From IMG/VR virus record IMGVR_UViG_3300045988_106581: 64,000 bases of DNA. One strand, 5' to 3'. Made by a program: the position numbers and the translations under genes. Under the pieces are notes generated by a model that was not told where the DNA came from, searched no databases, and was given only the letters and a program-made list of their open reading frames with translations. This stretch comes from a virus. This document shows, piece by piece, positions 48,362-55,877 of this stretch; the stretch's first letter is position 1, and the number at the start of each line of letters is the position of its first letter.

Positions 48362-49288
48362 ATGCTTACTGAAGAAAAAATCAACGCTTTTGCTACAAGG
48401 TATTCTGACAGAAGTAGCAAATTTGTTGTTCAGACATTGCGTCATGTCATGGATTACGAATCAGAGTGTGGATGTGATTTGTTTAACTTCACAAAAAATG
48501 ATTTCATAAAGATGTTCATCAAATATAACTGGGTAAATTCGAGTCGTTCATATAAGAATGTAAAATCAATACTCACTGGTTATCTTAAAAGTGAAGATCG
48601 GATAAGTATGTACGACTTAACTGAACTTGATGAAAATGACGTAAGTGCAGACAATATGTATGATGACAAGTATTTCGCATCAACTGATGAGTTTGTTGGC
48701 CTTTTAAATAAATACAACGAGCCGTACCAAATTCGTATGAATGTAATTGCTGTGCTGTATTGGATTGGGCTTACATCCGAAGAAGTTTCCAATCTGACAA
48801 TTAACGATGTTGATTTTGAATTAAATTCTGTTCTTGATAAGACTGATATTGATGAAAATTTAATGGATATCATTAAGCGGTGCTATGAGATGAAACAATA
48901 TGAGGCCACCAACATGGGAGGTTGTAGAACGTTTTATGTCATAAATGGTGATTATATCCTTCGTAAAACAGAGGATAGAACTGGAATGGACAGTGATCCG
49001 AAGATGTCTACACATACAATCCACAATCAGATTGTGCGGTTAAATAATATTATCAAGAAAGGAAATAACAAAAAAGTTTTGTGTCAACAACATCTTGCAA
49101 GAAATTGCGAGTATGTGAAGGTCTACAATTATTATAAAAATCATCCTGAGTTTGACCTTGCTAATCTTAGCCTTGGAAAAAGTAAAGATACTCTTAAAAA
49201 CATTATTGGAAGAACGTTCAGTAAGGTGACTTATATTAGTTTCCGGCAAGGATATAAGGGCTGGGTCGAATACTTCCACAAAAATTAA
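48362..49288 (+). CDS. hypothetical protein, possibly a degenerate integrase-like fold (308 aa)
   Basis: ORF track. LYWIGLTSEEVSNLTINDVD resembles the Arg-I box but has T in place of R. No clear H-x-x-R or Tyr box. Confidence 0.4.
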   Translation: MLTEEKINAFATRYSDRSSKFVVQTLRHVMDYESECGCDLFNFTKNDFIKMFIKYNWVNSSRSYKNVKSILTGYLKSEDRISMYDLTELDENDVSADNMYDDKYFASTDEFVGLLNKYNEPYQIRMNVIAVLYWIGLTSEEVSNLTINDVDFELNSVLDKTDIDENLMDIIKRCYEMKQYEATNMGGCRTFYVINGDYILRKTEDRTGMDSDPKMSTHTIHNQIVRLNNIIKKGNNKKVLCQQHLARNCEYVKVYNYYKNHPEFDLANLSLGKSKDTLKNIIGRTFSKVTYISFRQGYKGWVEYFHKN

Positions 49289-49294
49289 AAACAG

Positions 49295-49317
49295 GGGGCT
49301 TTAGCCCCTTGATTTTA
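49295..49317 (+). terminator. rho-independent terminator
   Basis: GGGGC-TTTA-GCCCC followed by TTGATTTT. Confidence 0.7.
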
Positions 49318-49323
49318 ACATTA

Positions 49324-49344
49324 TAGCTACGTGACACAGGATAC
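49324..49344 (+). promoter_or_regulatory. conserved 21-nt motif, copy 6 (rightward)
   Basis: TAGCTACGTGACACAGGATAC, 21 nt before the ATG at 49366. Confidence 0.55.
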
Positions 49345-49365
49345 TTGTTAGAAAGGGAAATGTAA

Positions 49366-51579
49366 ATGAGAACGCTTTTGCTGTTCCGTGGAGCTCCAGG
49401 TTGTGGGAAGTCTACCTATATTAAAGAGCATAATCTTGAGCAGTACGTATTGAGTGCTGATACACTTCGCCTTATGTGCCAGAGCGCACAGGAAACACCT
49501 GCCGGGAAGCTGGAGATTTCTCCGCAGAATGATGATGTTGTATGGGAAATGCTTTTTAAACTGCTTGAGGTGCGTATGAGTCACGGCGAGTTTACCGTGA
49601 TTGATGCAACGAATTCCAAGACGGTCGAAATGAATCGTTATAAGAATCTTGCAAAACAGTATCGTTATCGGATGTATGTTATTGACATGACTGACCTTCC
49701 GATTGAGGAGTGCAAACGAAGAAACGCTCAGAGAGAATGGCTGAAGCGAGTTCCTGAAGCGGTCATTGATAAGATGTACGCTCGGTTTGTTACTCAAAAA
49801 GTTCCTTCTGGCGTGAAAGTTCTTCCTTCTACTACGGACGTGATGTCCGATTTGAACTACTATCCGAATGACTTCAACCAGTGGAAGAAGATTCACGTCA
49901 TCGGTGATGTTCATGGCTGTTATACTTGTTTAAGTGAATACCTTGGTGAAATGAGGGACGACGAACTTTATATCCTCGTTGGTGATTATCTCGATCGTGG
50001 CATCGAAAATGTTGAGGTGTTCAAGTTCTTGTGTGATGTTGTAAATAACAACCGCAAGAATGTGATCCTTTTGGAAGGAAATCACGAGCGTTGGCTGAAC
50101 AAGTGGGGGCATGATGAACCGGTTCAGAGTGAAGAGTTTGCAAACTACACTCGCCCGCAGCTCTTTAAAGCCGGTATTGACAAGAACACTGCTCGTAAGA
50201 TCTATTCCAGAGTCGGCCAATGTGCCTACTTTGAGTATGATGGGAAGAGGTATTTCGTGAGCCACGGTGGTTTGAGTTATCTGCCTTATTTCCTTCCTTT
50301 TGTATCTGCTGATCAGATGATTAAAGGTGTAGGTCGTTATCCTGATATGCTAACCGTGGCTGAGTCTTGGGAAAAATCGATGCCGGATAGCTACATTCAG
50401 ATCTTCGGTCATCGAAATGTGCAGGATGTTCCTATTGATATGGGGCATCGGTGCTACAACCTCGAAGGAAAAATCGAGTTTGGTGGATATCTCCGTTGCG
50501 TGGAACTTGAACACGGTCAGTCAATCAAATGTGTAGAAACTAAGAACAATGTGTTCCGAAAAGAAGAGCCAAAGACTGAAACTGCCGTTGAAATGAAAAC
50601 TGAGTTTGATAACGCAGAACTTGTTAGTAAGATGCGTCAAAGCAAATATGTGTTTGAGAAGCGATTCGGAGATATTTCTTCTTTTAACTTCTCTCGTGAA
50701 GCATTTTATAAGAAGCACTGGGATGAGGTTTCTACCAAAGCAAGGGGATTGTTCATTAACACAAAGACGAATAAAATCGTAGCTCGAAGCTATGATAAGT
50801 TTTTTGCTGTCGGTGAGCGGAACGAAACGAGAATTGGAAACCTTCAGAACACTTTGAAATTTCCGATGACTGCATATCTGAAAGAGAACGGATTTCTTGG
50901 TATCATCTCGTATGATGCAGAACAGGACGGTCTGTTTATTGCAAGTAAATCTACTCCTGAAGGGCCTTTTGCAGATATGTTCCGAAAGATTCTCATGGAT
51001 ACGACTTCTGATGAAGATCGTAAGAATCTGAAGGAAGTTGCAAAAGAGAATGGTTCTATCATTTTTGAGGTGATTGATCCTGTGAATGATGCTCATATCA
51101 TCGAATACAAGAAACCGCACATTGTTTTGCTGGATATTGTTGCGAATGATATGAGCATCAGTGTGATGGATTACGATGACCTGAAGCGTGTTGCTGAAAA
51201 GTGTCATTTGCAGATTAAGGAGAAGGTTAAGATCTTTGAGAGCTGGAGTGAATTCTATCCTTGGTATGAAGAAGTCATGAATGAGAATTATCTGCACCAT
51301 GGCATTGAGCATATTGAAGGCTTTGTCTTGAGAGATAACAACAATTTCATGTTTAAGCTGAAACTTCCTTATTATAAGCACTGGAAGTTCTTGCGTGGTG
51401 TTATGCAGAGCGTTCAGAAACGTGGCTATTATGAAAATACCGCAAAGTTGTTTACTGCTGAGGATAACCTGTTCTATGGTTGGATGCGTGAGCAACGAGA
51501 GAAAGATCAAGAGGCGTTTAGCAAGAAGGGTATCATTCAGCTGCGGAATGAGTTCTATGCAAGTCAGCAGAAGAGCTGA
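49366..51579 (+). CDS. trifunctional RNA-repair enzyme: polynucleotide kinase, metallophosphatase and RNA ligase (Pnkp-like)
   Basis: P-loop GAPGCGKST. Phosphoesterase motifs GDVHGC, GDYLDRG, GNHE and GHRN. Ligase motifs KENG (I), FEVI (III) and EGFVLRD...FKLK (V). The domain order matches Clostridium thermocellum Pnkp. Confidence 0.75.
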   Translation: MRTLLLFRGAPGCGKSTYIKEHNLEQYVLSADTLRLMCQSAQETPAGKLEISPQNDDVVWEMLFKLLEVRMSHGEFTVIDATNSKTVEMNRYKNLAKQYRYRMYVIDMTDLPIEECKRRNAQREWLKRVPEAVIDKMYARFVTQKVPSGVKVLPSTTDVMSDLNYYPNDFNQWKKIHVIGDVHGCYTCLSEYLGEMRDDELYILVGDYLDRGIENVEVFKFLCDVVNNNRKNVILLEGNHERWLNKWGHDEPVQSEEFANYTRPQLFKAGIDKNTARKIYSRVGQCAYFEYDGKRYFVSHGGLSYLPYFLPFVSADQMIKGVGRYPDMLTVAESWEKSMPDSYIQIFGHRNVQDVPIDMGHRCYNLEGKIEFGGYLRCVELEHGQSIKCVETKNNVFRKEEPKTETAVEMKTEFDNAELVSKMRQSKYVFEKRFGDISSFNFSREAFYKKHWDEVSTKARGLFINTKTNKIVARSYDKFFAVGERNETRIGNLQNTLKFPMTAYLKENGFLGIISYDAEQDGLFIASKSTPEGPFADMFRKILMDTTSDEDRKNLKEVAKENGSIIFEVIDPVNDAHIIEYKKPHIVLLDIVANDMSISVMDYDDLKRVAEKCHLQIKEKVKIFESWSEFYPWYEEVMNENYLHHGIEHIEGFVLRDNNNFMFKLKLPYYKHWKFLRGVMQSVQKRGYYENTAKLFTAEDNLFYGWMREQREKDQEAFSKKGIIQLRNEFYASQQKS

Positions 51580-51694
51580 ACTAAAATAGACATTTTATCG
51601 TGATTTTCGTTAAAATAATTAACGAAGTATCGTGATATTTCTTCCTCCGAAAATGCCCTGTGTAGGGCTGACAGCCGGGAAAGACCGGCAATAT

Positions 51695-51778
51695 GGGGAT
51701 ATGGTGAAATGGCAGCCACGCTGGTTTCAAGTCCCAGTGTCGAAAGACGTATCGGTTCAAATCCGATTATCCCTACCA
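51695..51778 (+). tRNA. tRNA-Leu (CAA)
   Basis: Acceptor GGGGATA/TATCCCT followed by A-CCA. Loop TT-CAA-GT. Long variable arm. T-arm ATCGG-TTCAAAT-CCGAT. Confidence 0.75.
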
Positions 51779-51978
51779 TGAAGATCAGTTGGTTTAGCTC
51801 GCGCAAGAGAAAACATGTGCCTTGGCGAACGACAAAGTGTGAATACCGGTTGATACACACAAGCCCTACCGGAGACGAATAAGGTGAAAGTTGGTTGGCC
51901 ACCGGCTGAATAGACTCCAATCCGCTAGAAAACTAAACCATAAAACGAACGTTAGGCTGTTTCTGATCTTCTATATAA

Positions 51979-52062
51979 GCCACCGTGGTGAAATTGGCAG
52001 GCACGAGGGACTTAAAATCCCTTTCTGGCAACAGAGTACGGGTTCAAATCCCGTCGGTGGCA
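51979..52062 (+). tRNA. tRNA-Leu (TAA)
   Basis: Acceptor GCCACCG/CGGTGGC. Anticodon arm AGGGA-CTTAAAA-TCCCT. Long variable arm. T-arm ACGGG-TTCAAAT-CCCGT. Confidence 0.8.
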
Positions 52063-52069
52063 TTTATAT

Positions 52070-52145
52070 CCGGGTGTAGCTCAGTTGGAAGAGCGCGTGC
52101 TTTGGGAGCATGAGGCCGCAGGATCATGACCTGTCACTCGGACCA
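52070..52145 (+). tRNA. tRNA-Pro (TGG)
   Basis: Acceptor CCGGGTG/CACTCGG followed by A-CCA. Anticodon arm CGTGC-TTTGGGA-GCATG. Confidence 0.75.
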
Positions 52146-52150
52146 TATAA

Positions 52151-52224
52151 TGCGTCGTAGCCAAGCGGTTAAGGCAGGGTCCTTTGAAGTCCCGATTGCG
52201 AAAGTTCGATTCTTTCCGGCGCAA
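52151..52224 (+). tRNA. tRNA-Gln (TTG)
   Basis: Acceptor TGCGTCG/CGGCGCA. Loop CT-TTG-AA. T-arm GAAAG-TTCGATT-CTTTC. Confidence 0.75.
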
Positions 52225-52258
52225 TAACGAATAAAACGTACAGGAAGTGGAAATGTAA

Positions 52259-53011
52259 GTGGCGTTAATTGATTTATATTCAAAAGAGGAACTAAAGACA
52301 ATAGTTGAAAATTCTTACTCAATAGCAGAGATTATTAGGAAGTTGGGATATTCAACGAATTCCGGAAATAATAATCAGACTATTAAGTCTCGTATAAAAG
52401 AATACGAAATTGACACGTCTCATTTCAGACATCAAAATTGCACAAAGAGATCACCGGAAAATATTTTCGTTGAGAACTCAACAGCAAAGCAATCAGTTCT
52501 GCGACGTTGGTATAAGAAAGGTAATTATTCTCAATATGTATGTTCTATTTGTGGTTTGCTTCCAGAATAGAATGATAAACCATTGACTTTGATTCTCGAC
52601 CATATCAACGGAAAAAATAAAGATGATAGGATTGAAAATCTTAGATGGGTCTGTCCCAATTGTAATCAACAATTAGACACAACTGGATACAAGAATCCAA
52701 ATCGAGCAGTATCTGCGAGAAGAGTTTATGAAAGACGTACTGTTGAAAAGAAAATCTGTCCTAGATGTGGCTCGTCAATGAGTTATAATGCCGACATGTG
52801 TAAATCATGTTGGGAAGTAGAGAAAAAATCAAAAAAGAAACCTTCACGTGACATTTTAAAGAGCTTAATTCATACAAAGGGCTTTATGGAAATTGGAGAT
52901 GAATATGGCGTAACAGATAGAGCTGTTGCAAAATGGTGCAGATCTGAAGGGTTGCCATATCGAATGACGGACATTAAGAAAATTCCTGATGAAGAGTGGG
53001 AGAAATTATAA
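52259..53011 (+). CDS. HNH homing-type endonuclease with an in-frame TAG (52568-52570). Either a pseudogene or read through
   Basis: ORFs 52259..52570 and 52583..53011 are in one frame. The junction reads ..CSICGLLPE-TAG-NDKPLTLILDHINGKNKDDRIENLRWVCPNCN, so the HNH core lies just after the TAG. Confidence 0.6.
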
Positions 53012-53071
53012 TGTACATATTTTATTTTGGTGAGTCTCCGCCTTGAATTGCAAGGCATCCTCGATTTATAT

Positions 53072-53153
53072 GCGGATATGGTGGAATGGCAGACACGCCA
53101 GACTTAGGATCTGGTGCTTCGGCGTGTGGGTTCGATGCCCACTATCCGCACCA
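53072..53153 (+). tRNA. tRNA-Leu (TAG)
   Basis: Acceptor GCGGATA/TATCCGC followed by A-CCA. Anticodon arm CCAGA-CTTAGGA-TCTGG. Long variable arm. Confidence 0.8.
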
Positions 53154-53254
53154 CGGTCATGAATCGTTGTTGTTCATGGTTGAACTCCTTTGACCACTAT
53201 TATTCCCAGCTCGCCAGTGATGGTGCAGTAGTGCTTTGCAAGCTGGGTTTTCAT

Positions 53255-53329
53255 GCAGCGGTCGTATAACGGTTAGTACATCGTCCTTCCAAGTCGATGG
53301 AGTGGGTTCGATTCCCATTCGCTGCTCCA
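53255..53329 (+). tRNA. tRNA-Gly (TCC), copy 1
   Basis: Acceptor GCAGCGG/TCGCTGC followed by T-CCA. Loop CT-TCC-AA. T-arm GTGGG-TTCGATT-CCCAT. Confidence 0.7.
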
Positions 53330-53510
53330 ATCTCGTATGGGTAGGATTTTTAGCAGTCAGATCCTGCTGCGCCTGTGCGAGATACCACCCCGAAAGGGGC
53401 TAACGAAATTATCCATGTACGTTATTCTCGGCTCGCTCGAAAGAGTGCAGCGTGCCTTTGCAAGCCGAGCATCCCAGCCTAGTGATGCCAGTTGCTAGGT
53501 TGGTTCTTAT

Positions 53511-53586
53511 GCGACTGTAGTTCAATTGGCAGAGCGTCAGATTTCCAATCTGAATGTTGCGGGATCGTCCCCCGTCAGTCGCTCCA
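53511..53586 (+). tRNA. tRNA-Gly (TCC), copy 2
   Basis: Acceptor GCGACTG/CAGTCGC followed by T-CCA. Anticodon arm TCAGA-TTTCCAA-TCTGA. Confidence 0.7.
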
Positions 53587-53716
53587 CACGCAGCCCCTTA
53601 CGCTGCACCGGTTACTCAGAGCCGAAAGGAACCTATATGTTACGACATGGTTGCCAAGAGTGATCATATTGGAACGCGACGTAGCTTGGATAGTGAGAAT
53701 TAAATTCTGAGGTATA

Positions 53717-53786
53717 CGGCTGGATAGCTTAATGGTAAAAGCGCTCGGAAACACCGAGAGATGAGGTTCGATTCCTCCGCTGGCAT
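53717..53786 (+). pseudogene. degenerate tRNA-like sequence
   Basis: Good D-arm (GCTT-AATGGTA-AAGC) and T-arm (GAGG-TTCGATT-CCTC). However, the anticodon loop has only 5 nt (CTCGG-AAACA-CCGAG) and the acceptor strands do not pair. Confidence 0.3.
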
Positions 53787-53813
53787 CGCGCCGACGAAAG
53801 TCGGCGTTTGCAT

Positions 53814-53890
53814 GGGATAGTAGCTCAGTTGGTCAGAGCTGGCGGCTCATAACCGCTTGGTCGGGAGTTCGAATCTCTCCTGTCCCACCA
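53814..53890 (+). tRNA. tRNA-Met (CAT)
   Basis: Acceptor GGGATAG/CTGTCCC followed by A-CCA. Anticodon arm GGCGG-CTCATAA-CCGCT. T-arm GGGAG-TTCGAAT-CTCTC. Confidence 0.8.
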
Positions 53891-53916
53891 GCCCGATAGG
53901 GCGTACATAAAACCTG

Positions 53917-54786
53917 CTAGAACTTTTGTTTTAAATTATGTAAGGAGGGATTTTCTGCTAGACAAATCAGCGTCTGGTCTTGCAACGTAGAAATCGTTGC
54001 ACTCAATTCAGTTTGAACCAGAGCACCTTTACCGCCACCTTCACATCCAGAACGGATTTTTAAAGTGTAGGCTGCAGGTTCTGTGCATCGAGTCGAAGTC
54101 TCTCGATGGTCTGACTCCAATACTCGTCCAATTCCTTCTCTTCCAGACCTTCTTGTTCCTTCACTTTCTGCACCACCTGTGACAGAGTTCCTGGATTCCA
54201 CCATTCGATCATATCCAGCAACGCTTGCTTCAGGAGTTCGAGTAAAGGTTTTCCACGCCGGGATGCTCTCACAAGAATCCCCTGACATGCTCGTGCGCTC
54301 AAATAGAATTTCTGAGGCACGTTGTCCTCCAAAATCCATGACAAGCGCGATTCTCTGGCGGCGCTGGGCGACTCCCCAGTATTTAGCGTCGAACAATCTC
54401 CATGCAAGAGACCATCCATTACCGGAAATCGCTCCAGATTTTTCCCACTTTCCGTTCTTTCCTGAAGGTCGAGGAATTGAAACGTCTGGCTCGACAATGC
54501 GTGCAAATCTTTCCAACACACATCTGAAGTCTTCGCCTTTGCTTGAGCTGAAAGCTCCTCTGACATTTTCCCAGATTGCAAATTTTGGATATTCTCCATT
54601 GGTGGCCTCCCTCATTTCTGTAATCACACGAATCATTTCAAGGAACAATCCAGAGCGTTCACCAGCCAAACCTTCACGTTTACCGGCCTGACTCAAATCT
54701 TGGCAGGGACTGCCTCCTGTGATACAGGACACCGGCTCAATCTGCCATCCATGGAGTTGTGTGATATCTCCGTAATGCTTCAGTTT
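53917..54786 (-). CDS. cytosine-5 DNA methyltransferase fragment A (motifs IV-VIII plus the first half of the target-recognition region)
   Basis: ..HYGDIT..GGSPCQDLS (IV), FAIWENVRG (VI), QRRQRIALV (VIII) and GGGKGALVQ..SATISTLQDQTLI. There is no motif I. The frame opens right after a TGA at 54787-54789. The first in-frame canonical start is the GTG at 54732. It ends in TAG. Confidence 0.7.
   Translation of the reverse strand, partial: KLKHYGDITQLHGWQIEPVSCITGGSPCQDLSQAGKREGLAGERSGLFLEMIRVITEMREATNGEYPKFAIWENVRGAFSSSKGEDFRCVLERFARIVEPDVSIPRPSGKNGKWEKSGAISGNGWSLAWRLFDAKYWGVAQRRQRIALVMDFGGQRASEILFERTSMSGDSCESIPAWKTFTRTPEASVAGYDRMVESRNSVTGGAESEGTRRSGREGIGRVLESDHRETSTRCTEPAAYTLKIRSGCEGGGKGALVQTELSATISTLQDQTLICLAENPSLHNLKQKF
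53923..53933. repeat. left arm of the 11-bp inverted repeat (CTTTTGTTTTA)
   Basis: It is the exact reverse complement of 54884-54894 and lies within the last codons of fragment A. Confidence 0.7.
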
Positions 54787-54802
54787 TCATTCCCCCTTTT
54801 TA

Positions 54803-54823
54803 GTATCCTGTGTAATGTAGCTA
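54803..54823 (-). promoter_or_regulatory. conserved 21-nt motif, copy 7 (leftward, inside the candidate invertible segment)
   Basis: GTATCCTGTGTAATGTAGCTA on the plus strand. It lies 12 nt from an SD and ATG (54790) upstream of fragment A. Confidence 0.5.
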
Positions 54824-54883
54824 AAAGCCTTAAAATAAGCGAAAAATAACAGACGTATCAACGTCATATTATCCATTCGCCTA

Positions 54884-54894
54884 TAAAACAAAAG
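54884..54894. repeat. right arm of the 11-bp inverted repeat (TAAAACAAAAG)
   Basis: Lies 10 nt upstream of the GTG of fragment B, in the open part of the B reading frame. Confidence 0.7.
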
Positions 54895-54903
54895 ATTTCG
54901 CCG

Positions 54904-55503
54904 GTGGTATTTGAGAGTCACAGTCAGGACGCTCGATACACTCAGCAGGGTGATACAAGTCCGACTTGTACTGCTCAGTGGGGAACGGGCGGTAATAATA
55001 TGCCGCTGGTTGTTGAAAAGAAAGCCTTTGCGATGCAACGCATTGGTGAATACAAGGAAAGTGAACAGGCTAGTACGATGAAGTCTCGTGACTACAAGGA
55101 TGCTACTGACCTGATTACAGAGAAAGAAACGAAGAATCTACGATGGATTGTTCGCCGTTTGACTCCTTTGGAGGATGAACGGTTACAGGGTTTCTATGAC
55201 GGATGGACTGATATCGGTGATTGGGTTGATGAGAATGGGAAGAAGCACAAGACTTCTGACGCAGCTCGTTATAAGGCACTCGGTAATTCAATCGCTTTGC
55301 CTCAGTGGTATTGGATTTTCCAGAAGATGAAGCCGTATATTGGTGAGAATCCTACTCTTGGCAGCCTCTTCGATGGGATCGGCGGCTTTCCGCTAGTATT
55401 TCAAAGCACATATGGCGAAGGTACTGCCATTTGGGGGTCAGAAATTGATAGCTTTTGCGTTGCAGTAACTAAGAAGCATTTTCCAGAAAAGCAAAGAGGA
55501 TAA
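54904..55503 (+). CDS. cytosine-5 DNA methyltransferase fragment B (second half of the TRD, motifs IX-X, fused to motifs I-II)
   Basis: VFESHSQDARYT..GTGGNN, RRLTPLEDERLQGF (IX) and YKALGNSIALP (X), then in the same frame MKPYIGENPTLGSLFDGIGGF (I) and GSEID (II). GTG start with no SD. Confidence 0.7.
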   Translation: MVFESHSQDARYTQQGDTSPTCTAQWGTGGNNMPLVVEKKAFAMQRIGEYKESEQASTMKSRDYKDATDLITEKETKNLRWIVRRLTPLEDERLQGFYDGWTDIGDWVDENGKKHKTSDAARYKALGNSIALPQWYWIFQKMKPYIGENPTLGSLFDGIGGFPLVFQSTYGEGTAIWGSEIDSFCVAVTKKHFPEKQRG

Positions 55504-55505
55504 AA

Positions 55506-55781
55506 ATGGGAGCTTTTATTGCAAGACAGCCTAACGGTTTGCTGTGTCGGTTTTCTTCGGTGGTCGATTGTGTCACCGATTACAACATGACCGAAGAAGA
55601 ATATATCGAGATGTGTGCTGAAAGGGCACGAAAAGAAGCACGAGATGTTCTTGACCATTATATTAAGCCGTTTGAAATGGTTGATAGATGTTTCTTCCCG
55701 AACAACATTACAATCGAAGAACACAAGCGGATTATGAAGGAAATGGAAAAGCCCGTTGACAAAGCAACTCATATTCCGTAA
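55506..55781 (+). CDS. hypothetical protein (91 aa)
   Basis: ORF track. It begins 2 nt after the stop of fragment B. Confidence 0.5.
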   Translation: MGAFIARQPNGLLCRFSSVVDCVTDYNMTEEEYIEMCAERARKEARDVLDHYIKPFEMVDRCFFPNNITIEEHKRIMKEMEKPVDKATHIP

Positions 55782-55832
55782 TAAGAAAATCTCATAAAAG
55801 GCTAATTTTAGCAAGAAAATAACGAAAAATTA

Positions 55833-55848
55833 TAACGTGGATACGTTA
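55833..55848. promoter_or_regulatory. palindromic operator-like site TAACGT-N4-ACGTTA (copy 3 of 3)
   Basis: AATTATAACGTggatACGTTAAAATATTGC, about 30 nt before the ATG at 55878. Confidence 0.5.
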
Positions 55849-55877
55849 AAATATTGCGGAAAGAAAGTGATAAATCA

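Noticed and set aside
54776-55485. A second inverted match, GAAGCATT (55478-55485) against AATGCTTC (about 54776-54783). It would join motif II to motif IV in frame by flipping fragment B.
   Set aside because: The match is only 8 bp, which is plausible by chance. The joined sequence would delete the conserved ..FPE.. stretch. Flipping B would also point the only nearby motif away from the gene and break the 2-nt coupling to the downstream ORF.
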